Part shown: in pieces, positions 1 through 9,701 of the stretch
How the letters are laid out: each line of letters begins with the position of its first letter
How positions within the stretch are numbered: position 1 is the stretch's first letter
Assembly (NCBI GenBank): GCA_937901455.1
Contig: CALDIA010000144.1
Span: 10,504 to 74,503 of the forward strand
Length of the DNA stretch: 64,000 bases
Direction: 5' to 3'
DNA from: an uncultured Bacteroidales bacterium
GTDB taxonomy: Bacteria; Bacteroidota; Bacteroidia; Bacteroidales; WCHB1-69
Translations under genes and position numbers: made by a program
Notes under the pieces: model-generated
The model's input: the letters and a program-made list of their open reading frames with translations, nothing else
Told to the model about the DNA's origin: nothing
The model's database searches: none

Positions 1-365
1 GGGTTGACTTTACCGCCAGAGACTTGCAGCGTAAGTGCATCCAAGAAGGCGAACCCTGGGAGATTGCCAAAGCCTTCGATGGTTCTGCTGTGGTAGGCTC
101 ATTCTTTCCTAAAGAAGAATTGCCCGATGCCCAGGACCTTCATTTCCACCTCCTCCTGAATGGCCAAAAAGTTCAATGCGGACATACCCGCGACATGCTC
201 TTCTCCATCGATAAGATTATAGCCTATGTGTCTCGCTTCGTGATGCTCAAGATGGGCGACATCATCTTTACAGGAACCCCTGTCGGGGTTGGAGCTGTTC
301 ACATCAACGACCATCTTCAAGGCTTTCTTGAAGAGAGAAAAGCATTCGATTTTAAAGTGAAATAG
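1..365 (+). CDS. Fumarylacetoacetate hydrolase (FAH) family protein, C-terminal part; the 5' end is upstream of the window
   Basis: The frame is open from nt 3 (VDFTARDLQ...) into track ORF 24..365. The GDIIFTGTPVGVG motif is typical of the FAH family. Confidence 0.8.
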   Translation, partial: VDFTARDLQRKCIQEGEPWEIAKAFDGSAVVGSFFPKEELPDAQDLHFHLLLNGQKVQCGHTRDMLFSIDKIIAYVSRFVMLKMGDIIFTGTPVGVGAVHINDHLQGFLEERKAFDFKVK

Positions 366-392
366 CAATTTATTTAATTAAATACAAAAACA

Positions 393-1673
393 ATGAATCT
401 GAAAATCAGACTGATTATCATGAATTTCCTCCAGTTTGCCATCTGGGGAGCCTACCTTACATGCATGGGTACCTACCTGCATCTGCATGGGTTGGGACAT
501 CAAATAGGTATTTTTTATTCTATACAAGGCATCGTCTCTATTTTTATGCCCGCCATCATCGGTATTATTGCAGACCGCTGGATACAAGCTCAGAAAATGT
601 TAGGTATCAGTCATCTGATTTCCGGTGTGGCCATGATTTGTGCAGGTCTGTACGGATTAAGTACCGGTGACTCAGTGCAATTTGGTCCCCTCTTTGCTCT
701 ATATACCGTCGGAGTGGCGTTTTATATGCCCACACTGGCATTGTCCAATTCGGTGGCGTATAACGCTTTGGAACTTGCTAACCTCGACCGTGTCAAACAT
801 TTTCCACCTATCCGCGTGTTTGGTACCATCGGTTTCATTGTTGCCATGTGGTGTGTTGACTTGCTCGGATTCCAACCTACTGCCAATCAGTTTGTCTTGA
901 GCGGTGGCATTGGGTTAGCCCTCGGTCTTTATGCCTTTACATTGCCAAAATGCAATAGTAATAATGATGGGAAAGTCACTTCTGTCGTTGATATGTTTGG
1001 TTTGCGCGCCTTCACGCTCTTCAAACAGAAAAAAATGGCTATTTTCTTTATTTTCTCCATGTTCCTGGGCGTATCTTTACAAATTACAAACGGGTTTGCG
1101 AACCCATATCTGCATAGTTTTGGCAATATACCCGAGTATGCGGACACTTTTGGCGTGAAACATGCCAATATGCTTATCTCTTTGTCACAAATCTCCGAAA
1201 CATTGTGCATTCTACTGATACCGTTTTTCTTGAAGAAATTTGGCATCAAAAAAGTGATGTTGATAGCCATGTTCGCTTGGGTGTTCCGTTTTGGCTTCTT
1301 TGGACTGGGTAATCCGGGGCCAGGAGTTTGGTTGTTCATTCTTTCCTGCATTGTCTATGGCGTCGCCTTCGACTTCTTTAATATCAGTGGTTCCTTGTTT
1401 GTGGACCAGCAGACCGACCCCTCAATACGGGCTTCAGCCCAAGGGTTGTTCATGTTGATGACTAATGGGATTGGTGCTACCATAGGAACGTTCGGAGCCC
1501 AGGCTGTGTTGAACCATTTTGTCTTCAACCCACTCAAACAACATGCTGCCCCCAATGTTATTATGCAAGGATGGTCTAATGCATGGTATATTTTCGCAGG
1601 CTATGCACTTACAATAGCCATCGTCTTCATATTCGTGTTCAAAGAAGAATATTCCGAAGAAAAAGCCCTTTAG
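393..1673 (+). CDS. nupG: Nucleoside:H+ symporter, NupG/XapB-type MFS permease
   Basis: N-terminus MNLKIRLIIMNFLQFAIWGAYLTCMGTYL parallels the E. coli NupG N-terminus. The protein is polytopic and hydrophobic throughout. Confidence 0.8.
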   Translation: MNLKIRLIIMNFLQFAIWGAYLTCMGTYLHLHGLGHQIGIFYSIQGIVSIFMPAIIGIIADRWIQAQKMLGISHLISGVAMICAGLYGLSTGDSVQFGPLFALYTVGVAFYMPTLALSNSVAYNALELANLDRVKHFPPIRVFGTIGFIVAMWCVDLLGFQPTANQFVLSGGIGLALGLYAFTLPKCNSNNDGKVTSVVDMFGLRAFTLFKQKKMAIFFIFSMFLGVSLQITNGFANPYLHSFGNIPEYADTFGVKHANMLISLSQISETLCILLIPFFLKKFGIKKVMLIAMFAWVFRFGFFGLGNPGPGVWLFILSCIVYGVAFDFFNISGSLFVDQQTDPSIRASAQGLFMLMTNGIGATIGTFGAQAVLNHFVFNPLKQHAAPNVIMQGWSNAWYIFAGYALTIAIVFIFVFKEEYSEEKAL

Positions 1674-1675
1674 CA

Positions 1676-2449
1676 CTATTTGCTGACAGAGAAGACTGTT
1701 TGCCCATTAGCAACCAATTTCTCCATGGATGCCTGATTCTGCATCGTGGTAGTTCCGTCTTGTACAAAATCGTAGATTTCTGGATTTTGAAACCATTCCG
1801 CCACATCCATGTTCAAATGGATAACGTTCATCACTTCGTCTGACAGAATCTGGTCTGACAAGGGAAGACTGATTGCAAAGGTATTGTCCACAAATCCAAC
1901 AATTTGTTGGTCTTGATAGATTTGACCGGTTCCGAGATGCATGGCAAAGGGGATGGGGTTTTGCGAAAGCTCCGGGCACATACATTTTCCATTCATTTTC
2001 AGATGATGATAACCACCGCCCAGGACTTCTGGCCAGCTCATGGAGTTTTCTGGCGGATTTGGGAAATAAAGAGTGGTATTATAGGCGGGGGCAAGTCCGA
2101 AAACAAACGTTACCTTTGTGTATTTTCCTGCCGGGAGATGGTCGGATTGGAGTGTCCAGTTAAGAGTGGCTGGCATGTCGGCATCCACATAGTGGATGCC
2201 ATCATCTGTTTGGATTGTATATAGGTTCCCGTCCTCTTTTTCCAGTACGAGCCCAGAAATGAAATATTGTACGTCTGTCACCGAGAAAAGATTTCCGGCG
2301 GCATTATGATAGCAGAGAGTGTCTTGAAGGAGTGTGTCCTGACCTACGGAAAAAGAAAACCGAAAGGCAACGTTAGCCTCCGGTTTATGGCATGAAGAAA
2401 AACCCAGCCCCAATACAAGTGCGAGGACAACAGGCAGCCTACCACTCAT
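1676..2449 (-). CDS. Lipoprotein of unknown function
   Basis: Signal peptide plus lipobox (LVLGLGFSSC). It overlaps the upstream DUF4468-like gene by 11 nt. I have only a weak recollection of MbnP-like lipoproteins, so no family is assigned. Confidence 0.6.
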   Translation of the reverse strand: MSGRLPVVLALVLGLGFSSCHKPEANVAFRFSFSVGQDTLLQDTLCYHNAAGNLFSVTDVQYFISGLVLEKEDGNLYTIQTDDGIHYVDADMPATLNWTLQSDHLPAGKYTKVTFVFGLAPAYNTTLYFPNPPENSMSWPEVLGGGYHHLKMNGKCMCPELSQNPIPFAMHLGTGQIYQDQQIVGFVDNTFAISLPLSDQILSDEVMNVIHLNMDVAEWFQNPEIYDFVQDGTTTMQNQASMEKLVANGQTVFSVSK

Positions 2450-2993
2450 CCTCCCAGACCTCCTCTGGATACATCCCGTCCTCCAATGAGTTGATTAACG
2501 CTTTTATCTGCTCGTCAATCTGATTTAAGAACTCATATTGGGAAGGGGACCAATACGGACTGTCGGTCTTAAACCAGTTCTCAATGGGGGCAGCAGATGC
2601 GGCTTTCTCATTAAAATTGGTGATAGTGTAACGATAACGGTTGTCGCGACACTCCAATTTGAAATTATAATACACCACATTCTTAGGCAGCATGGTGCCG
2701 TCTTTTTGCTTGGAAAAAATCCGGACACTGGAGCGCATCTCAATGGTGTGGTGCTCCTCGTCTGCTTTCTTGACAACTTCAGCGGTGTTCTTATAGTAGT
2801 TTTTCACCCATTTCATGGCCCTTTCGTAGAGAACAGCAGGAGTGCCCTCTTGCTTGACTACATCCTGATAGGTGACCAAATTTGTTCGCTCGTCAATGGG
2901 TAGGTCTGGCACGGGCAGGTCCTTGGCCGGCTTCTGGGCGGAAACGGCTGAAACGGATATTAATAAAGCAAAGACAAAGGCTATTCTTTTCAT
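2439..2993 (-). CDS. Exported DUF4468-like protein
   Basis: Start trimmed to ATG 2993, giving a signal peptide (MKRIAFVFALLISVSAVSAQ). This is 1 nt after the folA stop. The sequence pattern recalls Bacteroidota DUF4468 proteins. Confidence 0.65.
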   Translation of the reverse strand: MKRIAFVFALLISVSAVSAQKPAKDLPVPDLPIDERTNLVTYQDVVKQEGTPAVLYERAMKWVKNYYKNTAEVVKKADEEHHTIEMRSSVRIFSKQKDGTMLPKNVVYYNFKLECRDNRYRYTITNFNEKAASAAPIENWFKTDSPYWSPSQYEFLNQIDEQIKALINSLEDGMYPEEVWEDEW

Positions 2994-2994
2994 G

Positions 2995-3489
2995 TTAACG
3001 GTTTTTTCGTATAAAGGTTTGAAAATAAAGGTCATATTCGTTCTTTTCGTCTCTGGGACGATAAACGGTGCGGTCGCAAAACCATTCGTCATCGCTCAAA
3101 ACAGGGAAATAGACATCTGCCGTGAAGGAAGATTTAATGCGGGTGAGATAAATTTTTTCAGCATATGGGAGAAACAAGCGATACATGGTGGCACCACCCA
3201 TAACAAAGGCTTCGGGATCCTCTTTTACTAACTCCATGGCTGCCTCTATGCTATGCACTGTCTCACAGTCAGGGAAGGTGACGGCCTCCAAAGTAACCAC
3301 AATGTTGCGACGGCTGGGCAGGGGTTTTTTTGGCAAGGATATCCATGTGTTGTCGCCCATTATTACGGGAGCTCCGGAAGTTACTTGTTTGAAATATTTT
3401 AAATCAGCAGGCAGGTGGCAAAGCAGTTGGTTCTTGTACCCCAACTCCCAGTTGTCGCCAACAGCAGCTATCATACTAAGGTTATACAT
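2995..3489 (-). CDS. folA: Dihydrofolate reductase
   Basis: MIAAVGDNWELGYKNQLLCHLPADLKYFKQVTSGAPVIMGDNTWISLP is a DHFR signature. Start set at ATG 3489, with a -7 box 26 nt upstream. Confidence 0.9.
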   Translation of the reverse strand: MYNLSMIAAVGDNWELGYKNQLLCHLPADLKYFKQVTSGAPVIMGDNTWISLPKKPLPSRRNIVVTLEAVTFPDCETVHSIEAAMELVKEDPEAFVMGGATMYRLFLPYAEKIYLTRIKSSFTADVYFPVLSDDEWFCDRTVYRPRDEKNEYDLYFQTFIRKNR

Positions 3490-3514
3490 AGGTGTTTGGT
3501 TTTGTATTGAACGG

Positions 3515-3522
3515 CAAACGTA
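3515..3522 (-). promoter_or_regulatory. Bacteroidota -7 promoter box TAnnTTTG (TACGTTTG) for the folA operon
   Basis: Motif match on the coding strand, 26 nt upstream of ATG 3489. Confidence 0.5.
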
Positions 3523-3572
3523 CAATTTTTTGTGCAATTATCCATAAAAAAGAAAGTGTCTCCACCTTTCTT

Positions 3573-4985
3573 TTAGAATGATGCGCCATAGCTGGATCCG
3601 TCGAAGCAGTGGGTGCAGATGCGCTCTTTGGGTAATCCTATGGATCTGGCTATCACGTCCAGCGTGTTGAACCTGAGCGTGTCAACACCAATATGCCGGC
3701 GGATGATTTCCACCATTTTGGCATATTCCTTGGTGCTGCTGTCCATATAGCGGTCAAGATGTTTCTTGCAGTCGCCTTCCAACTCTTCAATCACTCTGCG
3801 GGTTATCAGCTCCAATTCTGTCTTGGAGGCCGAGAAGTTCAGAAAGTTGCACCCAAAAATCAAAGGCGGACAGCTAATGCGGATGTGCACCTCCTTGGCA
3901 CCGCCGGCATATAGCTTGCGCACATTGTCACGCAATTGGGTGCCCCGGACAATGGAGTCATCGCAAAAAACTATCTTCTTGTCTTTCAACAAGGTGGTGT
4001 TGGGGATGAGTTTCATCTTGGCAACGTGCTCCCGCATCTCTTGGTGTACCGGCATGAAACTGCGTGACCAAGTCGGCGTGTATTTGACAATGCCTCGTCG
4101 ATAGGGAATCTGCTTGCCGTTGGAGTAGCCTAAAGCCATGCCAATGCCCGAATCGGGAATGGCGGACACATAGTCAGCTGCTACATCATCCACCTTGCCC
4201 ATCTCGTAACCCAGCATGTATCGCGTATTCTCCACATTGATAGCTTCATACTCGGATGTTGGATAGCCATAATATATCCATAAGAAAGAACAAATCTGCA
4301 TCTTTTCATTCGGCGCCAACAGCTGACGATACCCGTTGGCATCCATCTGGATAATTTCCCCAGGTCCCACAAAACGATCAATGGCATAATCTAAATTCGA
4401 GAAACTGTGCGTATCAAATGTCAAAGCATAACTGTCAGGGCGCTTGCCAATGACAATCGGTGTGCGCCCATAATAGTCGCGCGCCGCAATGATGCCGTCA
4501 TTCGTCAAAATCAACATCGAACACGAACCCTTGACCTTCTTGAAGACATTCTGTATCCCCGAGACAAAGTCATCACCTTGAGAAATCATCAACGCAATCA
4601 ACTCGGTCGGATTCGTCTTTCCAGAACTCAACTCCGTGAATTGCTGGTGCTTGTCCAGACATTCCTGTTCCAATTCGGTAAGGTTGTTGATCTTGGCAAC
4701 CGTAACAATGGCAAAACGGCCTAAATGCGAGTTGACCACGATGGGCTGCGCATCAGTGTCACTGATAACTCCAATGCCCATATTACCCTTGAACTTGCCT
4801 AAACTCTCCCCAAACTTGGTCCTGAAATAAGAGTTCTCAATGTTGTGGATGGATCTGAAAAAGATGTTGTTGTCTACGGTTACAATACCCCCTCTCTTAG
4901 TGCCGAGGTGAGAATGATAGTCTATACCATAAAATAAATCAGTAATGCAGCATTGTTTCGATGCTACGCCAAAAAAGCCTCCCAT
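3573..4985 (-). CDS. Amidophosphoribosyltransferase-like protein (PurF family) lacking the N-terminal Cys nucleophile
   Basis: Ntn-amidotransferase-like N-domain plus a PRTase domain with PRPP loop KIVFCDDSIVRGTQL. The N-terminus reads MGGFFGV rather than MCG. Confidence 0.8.
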   Translation of the reverse strand: MGGFFGVASKQCCITDLFYGIDYHSHLGTKRGGIVTVDNNIFFRSIHNIENSYFRTKFGESLGKFKGNMGIGVISDTDAQPIVVNSHLGRFAIVTVAKINNLTELEQECLDKHQQFTELSSGKTNPTELIALMISQGDDFVSGIQNVFKKVKGSCSMLILTNDGIIAARDYYGRTPIVIGKRPDSYALTFDTHSFSNLDYAIDRFVGPGEIIQMDANGYRQLLAPNEKMQICSFLWIYYGYPTSEYEAINVENTRYMLGYEMGKVDDVAADYVSAIPDSGIGMALGYSNGKQIPYRRGIVKYTPTWSRSFMPVHQEMREHVAKMKLIPNTTLLKDKKIVFCDDSIVRGTQLRDNVRKLYAGGAKEVHIRISCPPLIFGCNFLNFSASKTELELITRRVIEELEGDCKKHLDRYMDSSTKEYAKMVEIIRRHIGVDTLRFNTLDVIARSIGLPKERICTHCFDGSSYGASF

Positions 4986-5028
4986 AAATGCACGATGTTT
5001 AGGTTAATGTTAAAAGATAAAAGCGCGG

Positions 5029-5036
5029 CAAAAATA
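5029..5036 (-). promoter_or_regulatory. -7 box TATTTTTG for the PurF-like gene
   Basis: Plus strand reads ggCAAAAATAca, 44 nt upstream of ATG 4985. Confidence 0.5.
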
Positions 5037-5176
5037 CATTTTTTCATCTTGTGTTTTTAAGCCCGCATTTTTTTTTGCAACATTGGATGACCCCTGCCTC
5101 AAACAATTCTCTGTAGTGTTATTACATTGCATCCATCAAATTTATCATTTTTTCCTTTAAATATGGATAAATTGTA

Positions 5177-5184
5177 TAACTTTG
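5177..5184 (+). promoter_or_regulatory. -7 box TAACTTTG for the Omp85/PD40 gene
   Basis: Motif lies 23 nt upstream of TTG 5207. Confidence 0.45.
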
Positions 5185-5206
5185 CGCCGCTTTTGAAAAA
5201 TTAGAC

Positions 5207-8200
5207 TTGTTGAGCCCTAAATATATATATAGAGCATTGGTATCCAATATGTTATTATTGGTCTTGCTGATTTTTCCGCCAGCCAAAGGTTGGGGGCAGT
5301 TCTATAATGGCTCTCAAGTTAGCTTTGGAAAAAATCGTGTGCAACACCAAAACTTCAACTGGCAATATCTCCGGGCCGAGCAATATGACGTTTATTATTA
5401 TCCCACAGGAAGGGAACTTGCCCAATATGTGTACTATAAAGTTCCCGAAGTGATGGATGAAATTGAACATCTGCTCAACTACACCACTGCTAAGAAACTC
5501 CAACTGATTGTATATAACACACAAGCCGATTTTCGCGAGTCCAATTTTGCCTATGACGATGAGGATTTCTACAATCAGGGTGGTGTGACCAATATTTCCG
5601 GCACCAAAATCTATATCTATTTCGATGGGAACCGAGGCCACCTCGACAGGATGATCCGTAGTGGCGTCATGAATGTGTATGCGCGTTGGCTCGCAGAAGG
5701 TTCCTCTATGGGCGCCAATATTTCTTCCGATTATCTCATCAGCGTGCCTTCCTGGTTTTATAGCGGCTTGTCCTCCTATTTTGGCGAAACCTGGAATAGC
5801 GATGTGGATGCCCACGTGATGGATGGAATCCTTACCCAACGCTATGCCGATATCGAGTACTTGTCGCCTGTTGATGCCACTTACGCGGGTCATGCCCTCT
5901 GGAAATTTCTCGTGGACACCTATGGCGAGAAAATTATCAGTCGCATTCTCCATAATACCCGCGCCACAAAATCAGTAGAACGCAGTGTAAACTATTCTAC
6001 AGGCATACCCTACCGAACACTGCTCCTCAATTGGTATAAATACTATTATGTGGCCTATTACCAAAACCTCGACAAGGCTAAACCCGCCGGAGACGGTGAA
6101 CTGAAAAAACCGAAGACTTCTCGCCATTACCAGAACGTCTGCTTCCAACCTGATGGCGATGCTTACGCGTATGTCACCAACGAGGCGGGACAAGTGCGCG
6201 TGTGGCTGAAGACGGAAACCTCTAAGCATCCAAAATGTATCCTTAAAAAATACCATCGAACTGAAGACGCCCCCGACTTGTCGTTTCCCCTTATCCAATG
6301 GCACCCCTCTGGCGAACAATTGGGCCTGACTTTCGAATCTAAGGGACACTGCTATTTCATGCCCTACGACCTTACTACCCGCAAATGGGGCAAAAAGAAC
6401 CTCGTTGATGTTGAAAAAATCACATCATGGTCCTACTCTGACGATGGCACGCTGATGCTCTTTTCCGGGTTCCGACACGGACAATCCGATATTTTCATCT
6501 ACAGCTTCCTGTCCCACTCCTTTCAGAACCTTACCAATGATTTTTACGATGACTTTGCCCCGGTGTTCATGAACCACCAGAGGCAAATCGTCTTCTCCTC
6601 TAATCGCCCCAAGGACTCTATTCTGCTGAAAGATGACTTCATGGAGGCTACTCCGCAAAATAAATACGATATTTTTGTATATGATTATGCCAACAAGGAC
6701 CCGAAAATACTGCGCGCTACCAATACCCCAGCGGGTAATGAATATGCCATAGCCGCTGTCGGCCCCCAGCAAATACTCTATCTGAGCGACAAGGACGGGT
6801 TGACCAATCGGTACACTGCCGTTTTTGACAGCACAATCAGCCGCATTGATACAGCCATCCACTATGCATACTATGCCAAAAATGATGCCTTGACCAACTC
6901 CGCCTATAATATTCTTTCGCATGCGTATCAGCCTACTACCCACTCGGTGGCCGATGTGATCCTGAAAGACAAAGCGGAGAGAATATTCATTAAACCTTTG
7001 AATTTGCTCTATACCCCTAAGGTGGAGATCTCACCATTTCACCAGACAAACCTTCAGCAAATGGCGCTGGCCGATAGTTTGAAAAATGCCCGAAGTGAGA
7101 CAGTGGCCCCAGCAAAAGGTTCCCCAAAACATGGTTTCTTTCAAGTGTACGAAGGAGACCCGGATCCGGCATCGCCAAAGGATGAGGAGTTGGAAGAAAT
7201 GGAGACCCCACCTGCGAAAGCTAAGATGGAAATTCCTGTAGGAACAGGTTATAGAGTGCAGTATTCTATCAATAAGCTGATCACCCAAGCAGATTTCTCT
7301 TTTCTGAATACCTCCTATCAGCAATTTGAAGGTGGTACATCCCCAATCTATCTGAATACCGGTTTCAACGCGCTTTTTATGCTGGGTATCAACGACCTTT
7401 TTGAGGATTATCGCATCACCGCTGGTTTCCGCCTCTCGTTCAATCTGCAGAACAATGAGTTTATGTTCAGCTTTGAGAATCTATCCAAACGACTTGATCG
7501 ACAGATTGTGCTCTATAGGCAGGCCTTGAGCACCGATGCTACCGACTATGCTTTGAAACAAACCTCCAATAGCTTGTTCTATGTCCTGAAGTTCCCTTTC
7601 GATAAGAGCAATAGTGCCAGACTGACCCTCAAGGGGCGTTACGAGACCAATGTGGTTGGCGCCATGAGCGACAATTCATTGGTTGAACCTACATCCCATA
7701 ATCTTTGGGGCGGCGCAAAGTTGGAGTATGTGTTCGACTCCTCCAAGGAACTCTTTACAAATCTTTGGAAAGGAACAAAATTGAAGATCTTTGCCGAATA
7801 CGACCAATTGGTTAATAGAAACACCCAAAATCTGCTTGTTGTGGGCTTGGATGCACGAAAATCTTTCCAATTATACAAGAATATGACATTGGCTTTTCGT
7901 GCCGCAGCCTCCACTAATGTCGGCTCCGCACGCCTGGTTTATTTTATGGGGGGTGTGGATAATTGGGTTAATGCTAAATTCAATAGCGAGATTTGGGTGG
8001 ATCAGACCAAAAATTATGTGTACCAAACCTTGGCTACCAACATGCGGGGATTTAAGCAAAATATTCGCAATGGTACCTCCTTTGTTTTGTTATCGGGCGA
8101 ATTGCGTATCCCATTCGTGCAACTAATCGCTGGGCACCAGGTAGGCATGGAACTCTTCAACTCTATGCAACTGAATCTCTTTGGCGATATTGGTACTGCA

Positions 8201-8440
8201 TGGACAGGCTTGACCCCCTATTCCGAAGAAAATTGCCTCTATACGCGATATATCAACAATGGCCCAATCTCTGTGATGGTTAAGCGACAAGTTGACCCAT
8301 TCGTGGGCGGCTTCGGACTCGGACTCCGTTTCTCGGTAGTGGGCTATTTTCTTCGCCTCGATTATGCATGGGGCGTGGAGGACTTTTCCATCGTTAATAA
8401 AAAAGGTATGTTCCTTTTCTCGATAGGCACTGATTTCTAA
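5207..8440 (+). CDS. Omp85/D15-family outer-membrane barrel with an N-terminal region and PD40 (TolB-like) beta-propeller repeats in place of recognisable POTRA domains
   Basis: The C-terminal ~300 aa show NMRGF, GELRIPF, FGDIGTAW, GFGLGLRF and a terminal aromatic (GTDF). PD40-like repeats are present (FQPDGDAYAYV, WHPSGEQL, YSDDGTLMLF, VFSSNRP). TTG 5207 gives a better signal peptide than ATG 5249. Confidence 0.75.
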   Translation: MLSPKYIYRALVSNMLLLVLLIFPPAKGWGQFYNGSQVSFGKNRVQHQNFNWQYLRAEQYDVYYYPTGRELAQYVYYKVPEVMDEIEHLLNYTTAKKLQLIVYNTQADFRESNFAYDDEDFYNQGGVTNISGTKIYIYFDGNRGHLDRMIRSGVMNVYARWLAEGSSMGANISSDYLISVPSWFYSGLSSYFGETWNSDVDAHVMDGILTQRYADIEYLSPVDATYAGHALWKFLVDTYGEKIISRILHNTRATKSVERSVNYSTGIPYRTLLLNWYKYYYVAYYQNLDKAKPAGDGELKKPKTSRHYQNVCFQPDGDAYAYVTNEAGQVRVWLKTETSKHPKCILKKYHRTEDAPDLSFPLIQWHPSGEQLGLTFESKGHCYFMPYDLTTRKWGKKNLVDVEKITSWSYSDDGTLMLFSGFRHGQSDIFIYSFLSHSFQNLTNDFYDDFAPVFMNHQRQIVFSSNRPKDSILLKDDFMEATPQNKYDIFVYDYANKDPKILRATNTPAGNEYAIAAVGPQQILYLSDKDGLTNRYTAVFDSTISRIDTAIHYAYYAKNDALTNSAYNILSHAYQPTTHSVADVILKDKAERIFIKPLNLLYTPKVEISPFHQTNLQQMALADSLKNARSETVAPAKGSPKHGFFQVYEGDPDPASPKDEELEEMETPPAKAKMEIPVGTGYRVQYSINKLITQADFSFLNTSYQQFEGGTSPIYLNTGFNALFMLGINDLFEDYRITAGFRLSFNLQNNEFMFSFENLSKRLDRQIVLYRQALSTDATDYALKQTSNSLFYVLKFPFDKSNSARLTLKGRYETNVVGAMSDNSLVEPTSHNLWGGAKLEYVFDSSKELFTNLWKGTKLKIFAEYDQLVNRNTQNLLVVGLDARKSFQLYKNMTLAFRAAASTNVGSARLVYFMGGVDNWVNAKFNSEIWVDQTKNYVYQTLATNMRGFKQNIRNGTSFVLLSGELRIPFVQLIAGHQVGMELFNSMQLNLFGDIGTAWTGLTPYSEENCLYTRYINNGPISVMVKRQVDPFVGGFGLGLRFSVVGYFLRLDYAWGVEDFSIVNKKGMFLFSIGTDF

Positions 8441-8456
8441 TATCATTATTCGGAAT

Positions 8457-9701
8457 ATGAAAGAATTGTACGAACTGTATCTGCAACATTTGACAATTTG
8501 CACGGATAGCCGGCAAACAATCCCTGGATGCCTGTTTTTCTGCCTGAAGGGAGAACACTTTGATGGCAACCAATTCGCCGAACAAGCCTTGCAGGCGGGT
8601 GCTGCCGTTGTAATCACAGAGCGGAAGGACTTGTCCGACCCCCGATATGTGGTGGTGGACGATTCTCTGGCATCATTACAACAATTGGCCTCCTACCACC
8701 GTAAACAACTGAACATTCCCGTAATTGGCATTACCGGCACAAATGGCAAAACCACTACGAAAGAATTGACCGCCGCGGTGCTTTCCGAGAAGTTCAAAAC
8801 GGCCTTTACCCAAGGAAATCTTAATAACCATATCGGCGTCCCATTGACGATTCTGTCCATTCGACACGAACATGAGATTGCCATTGTGGAGATGGGTGCT
8901 AACCACCCTGGCGAAATTGAATTCCTCTGCCAGATTGCACAACCTGATTTTGGCCTTATCACTAACATCGGCAAAGCCCACCTCGAAGGCTTTGGAACTG
9001 TGGAAGAGATTGCTCATACAAAAAAGGCTTTGTATCGCTCAGTGATGAATGCTCATGGAACCCTTTTTGTGAATGCCTCCAGCGCGGTGCTTTGCGAGGG
9101 CCTTCAATATGATAAAATCCAATATTATGCAGAATCCGGCGAGAAAGCTATTTTGACCATGTCCCCCTATCTCGAAATCATGGTTGGCAATATCCCAGTG
9201 AAGACTCGTCTTACAGGTAGCTATAATGTATATAACTGCTTGGCTGCCGCCGCAGTAGGCCGTTTCTTCGGTGTCGCCGACGAGCAGATAGCGAATGCTC
9301 TTAACCAGTATGCACCTTCCAACCACCGGTCACAAATCAGTATAATAGGGACTAATACTGTCATTGCCGACTATTATAATGCCAACCCTACTAGTATGGA
9401 GGCGGCACTGCATAACCTTGACCTGCTGAAAGCCCCTCGCAAAGTGGCTATTTTGGGCGATATGCTCGAATTGGGGGAGGTTAGCGCACAAGAGCATACC
9501 CATATTGTGGAGTTCTGCAAAAAACGTTCTATCAGTGCCTACTTTGTAGGAGAAAATTTCCATAAATTGCATCCTCAATCTTCATTCAAGGATGTTGATG
9601 CCCTTAATGCTTTTTTGCTTGAACATCCTATAACCGAAAGTTTAGTACTGGTAAAGGGATCCCGCGGCATCCATCTTGAAAAACTATCACTTCTCGCATG
9701 A
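8457..9701 (+). CDS. murF: UDP-N-acetylmuramoyl-tripeptide--D-alanyl-D-alanine ligase (stand-alone MurF)
   Basis: CTDSRQ...FFCLKGEHFDGNQF N-domain and P-loop GITGTNGKTTTKE. Mur-ligase C-domain DMLELG. Confidence 0.85.
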   Translation: MKELYELYLQHLTICTDSRQTIPGCLFFCLKGEHFDGNQFAEQALQAGAAVVITERKDLSDPRYVVVDDSLASLQQLASYHRKQLNIPVIGITGTNGKTTTKELTAAVLSEKFKTAFTQGNLNNHIGVPLTILSIRHEHEIAIVEMGANHPGEIEFLCQIAQPDFGLITNIGKAHLEGFGTVEEIAHTKKALYRSVMNAHGTLFVNASSAVLCEGLQYDKIQYYAESGEKAILTMSPYLEIMVGNIPVKTRLTGSYNVYNCLAAAAVGRFFGVADEQIANALNQYAPSNHRSQISIIGTNTVIADYYNANPTSMEAALHNLDLLKAPRKVAILGDMLELGEVSAQEHTHIVEFCKKRSISAYFVGENFHKLHPQSSFKDVDALNAFLLEHPITESLVLVKGSRGIHLEKLSLLA

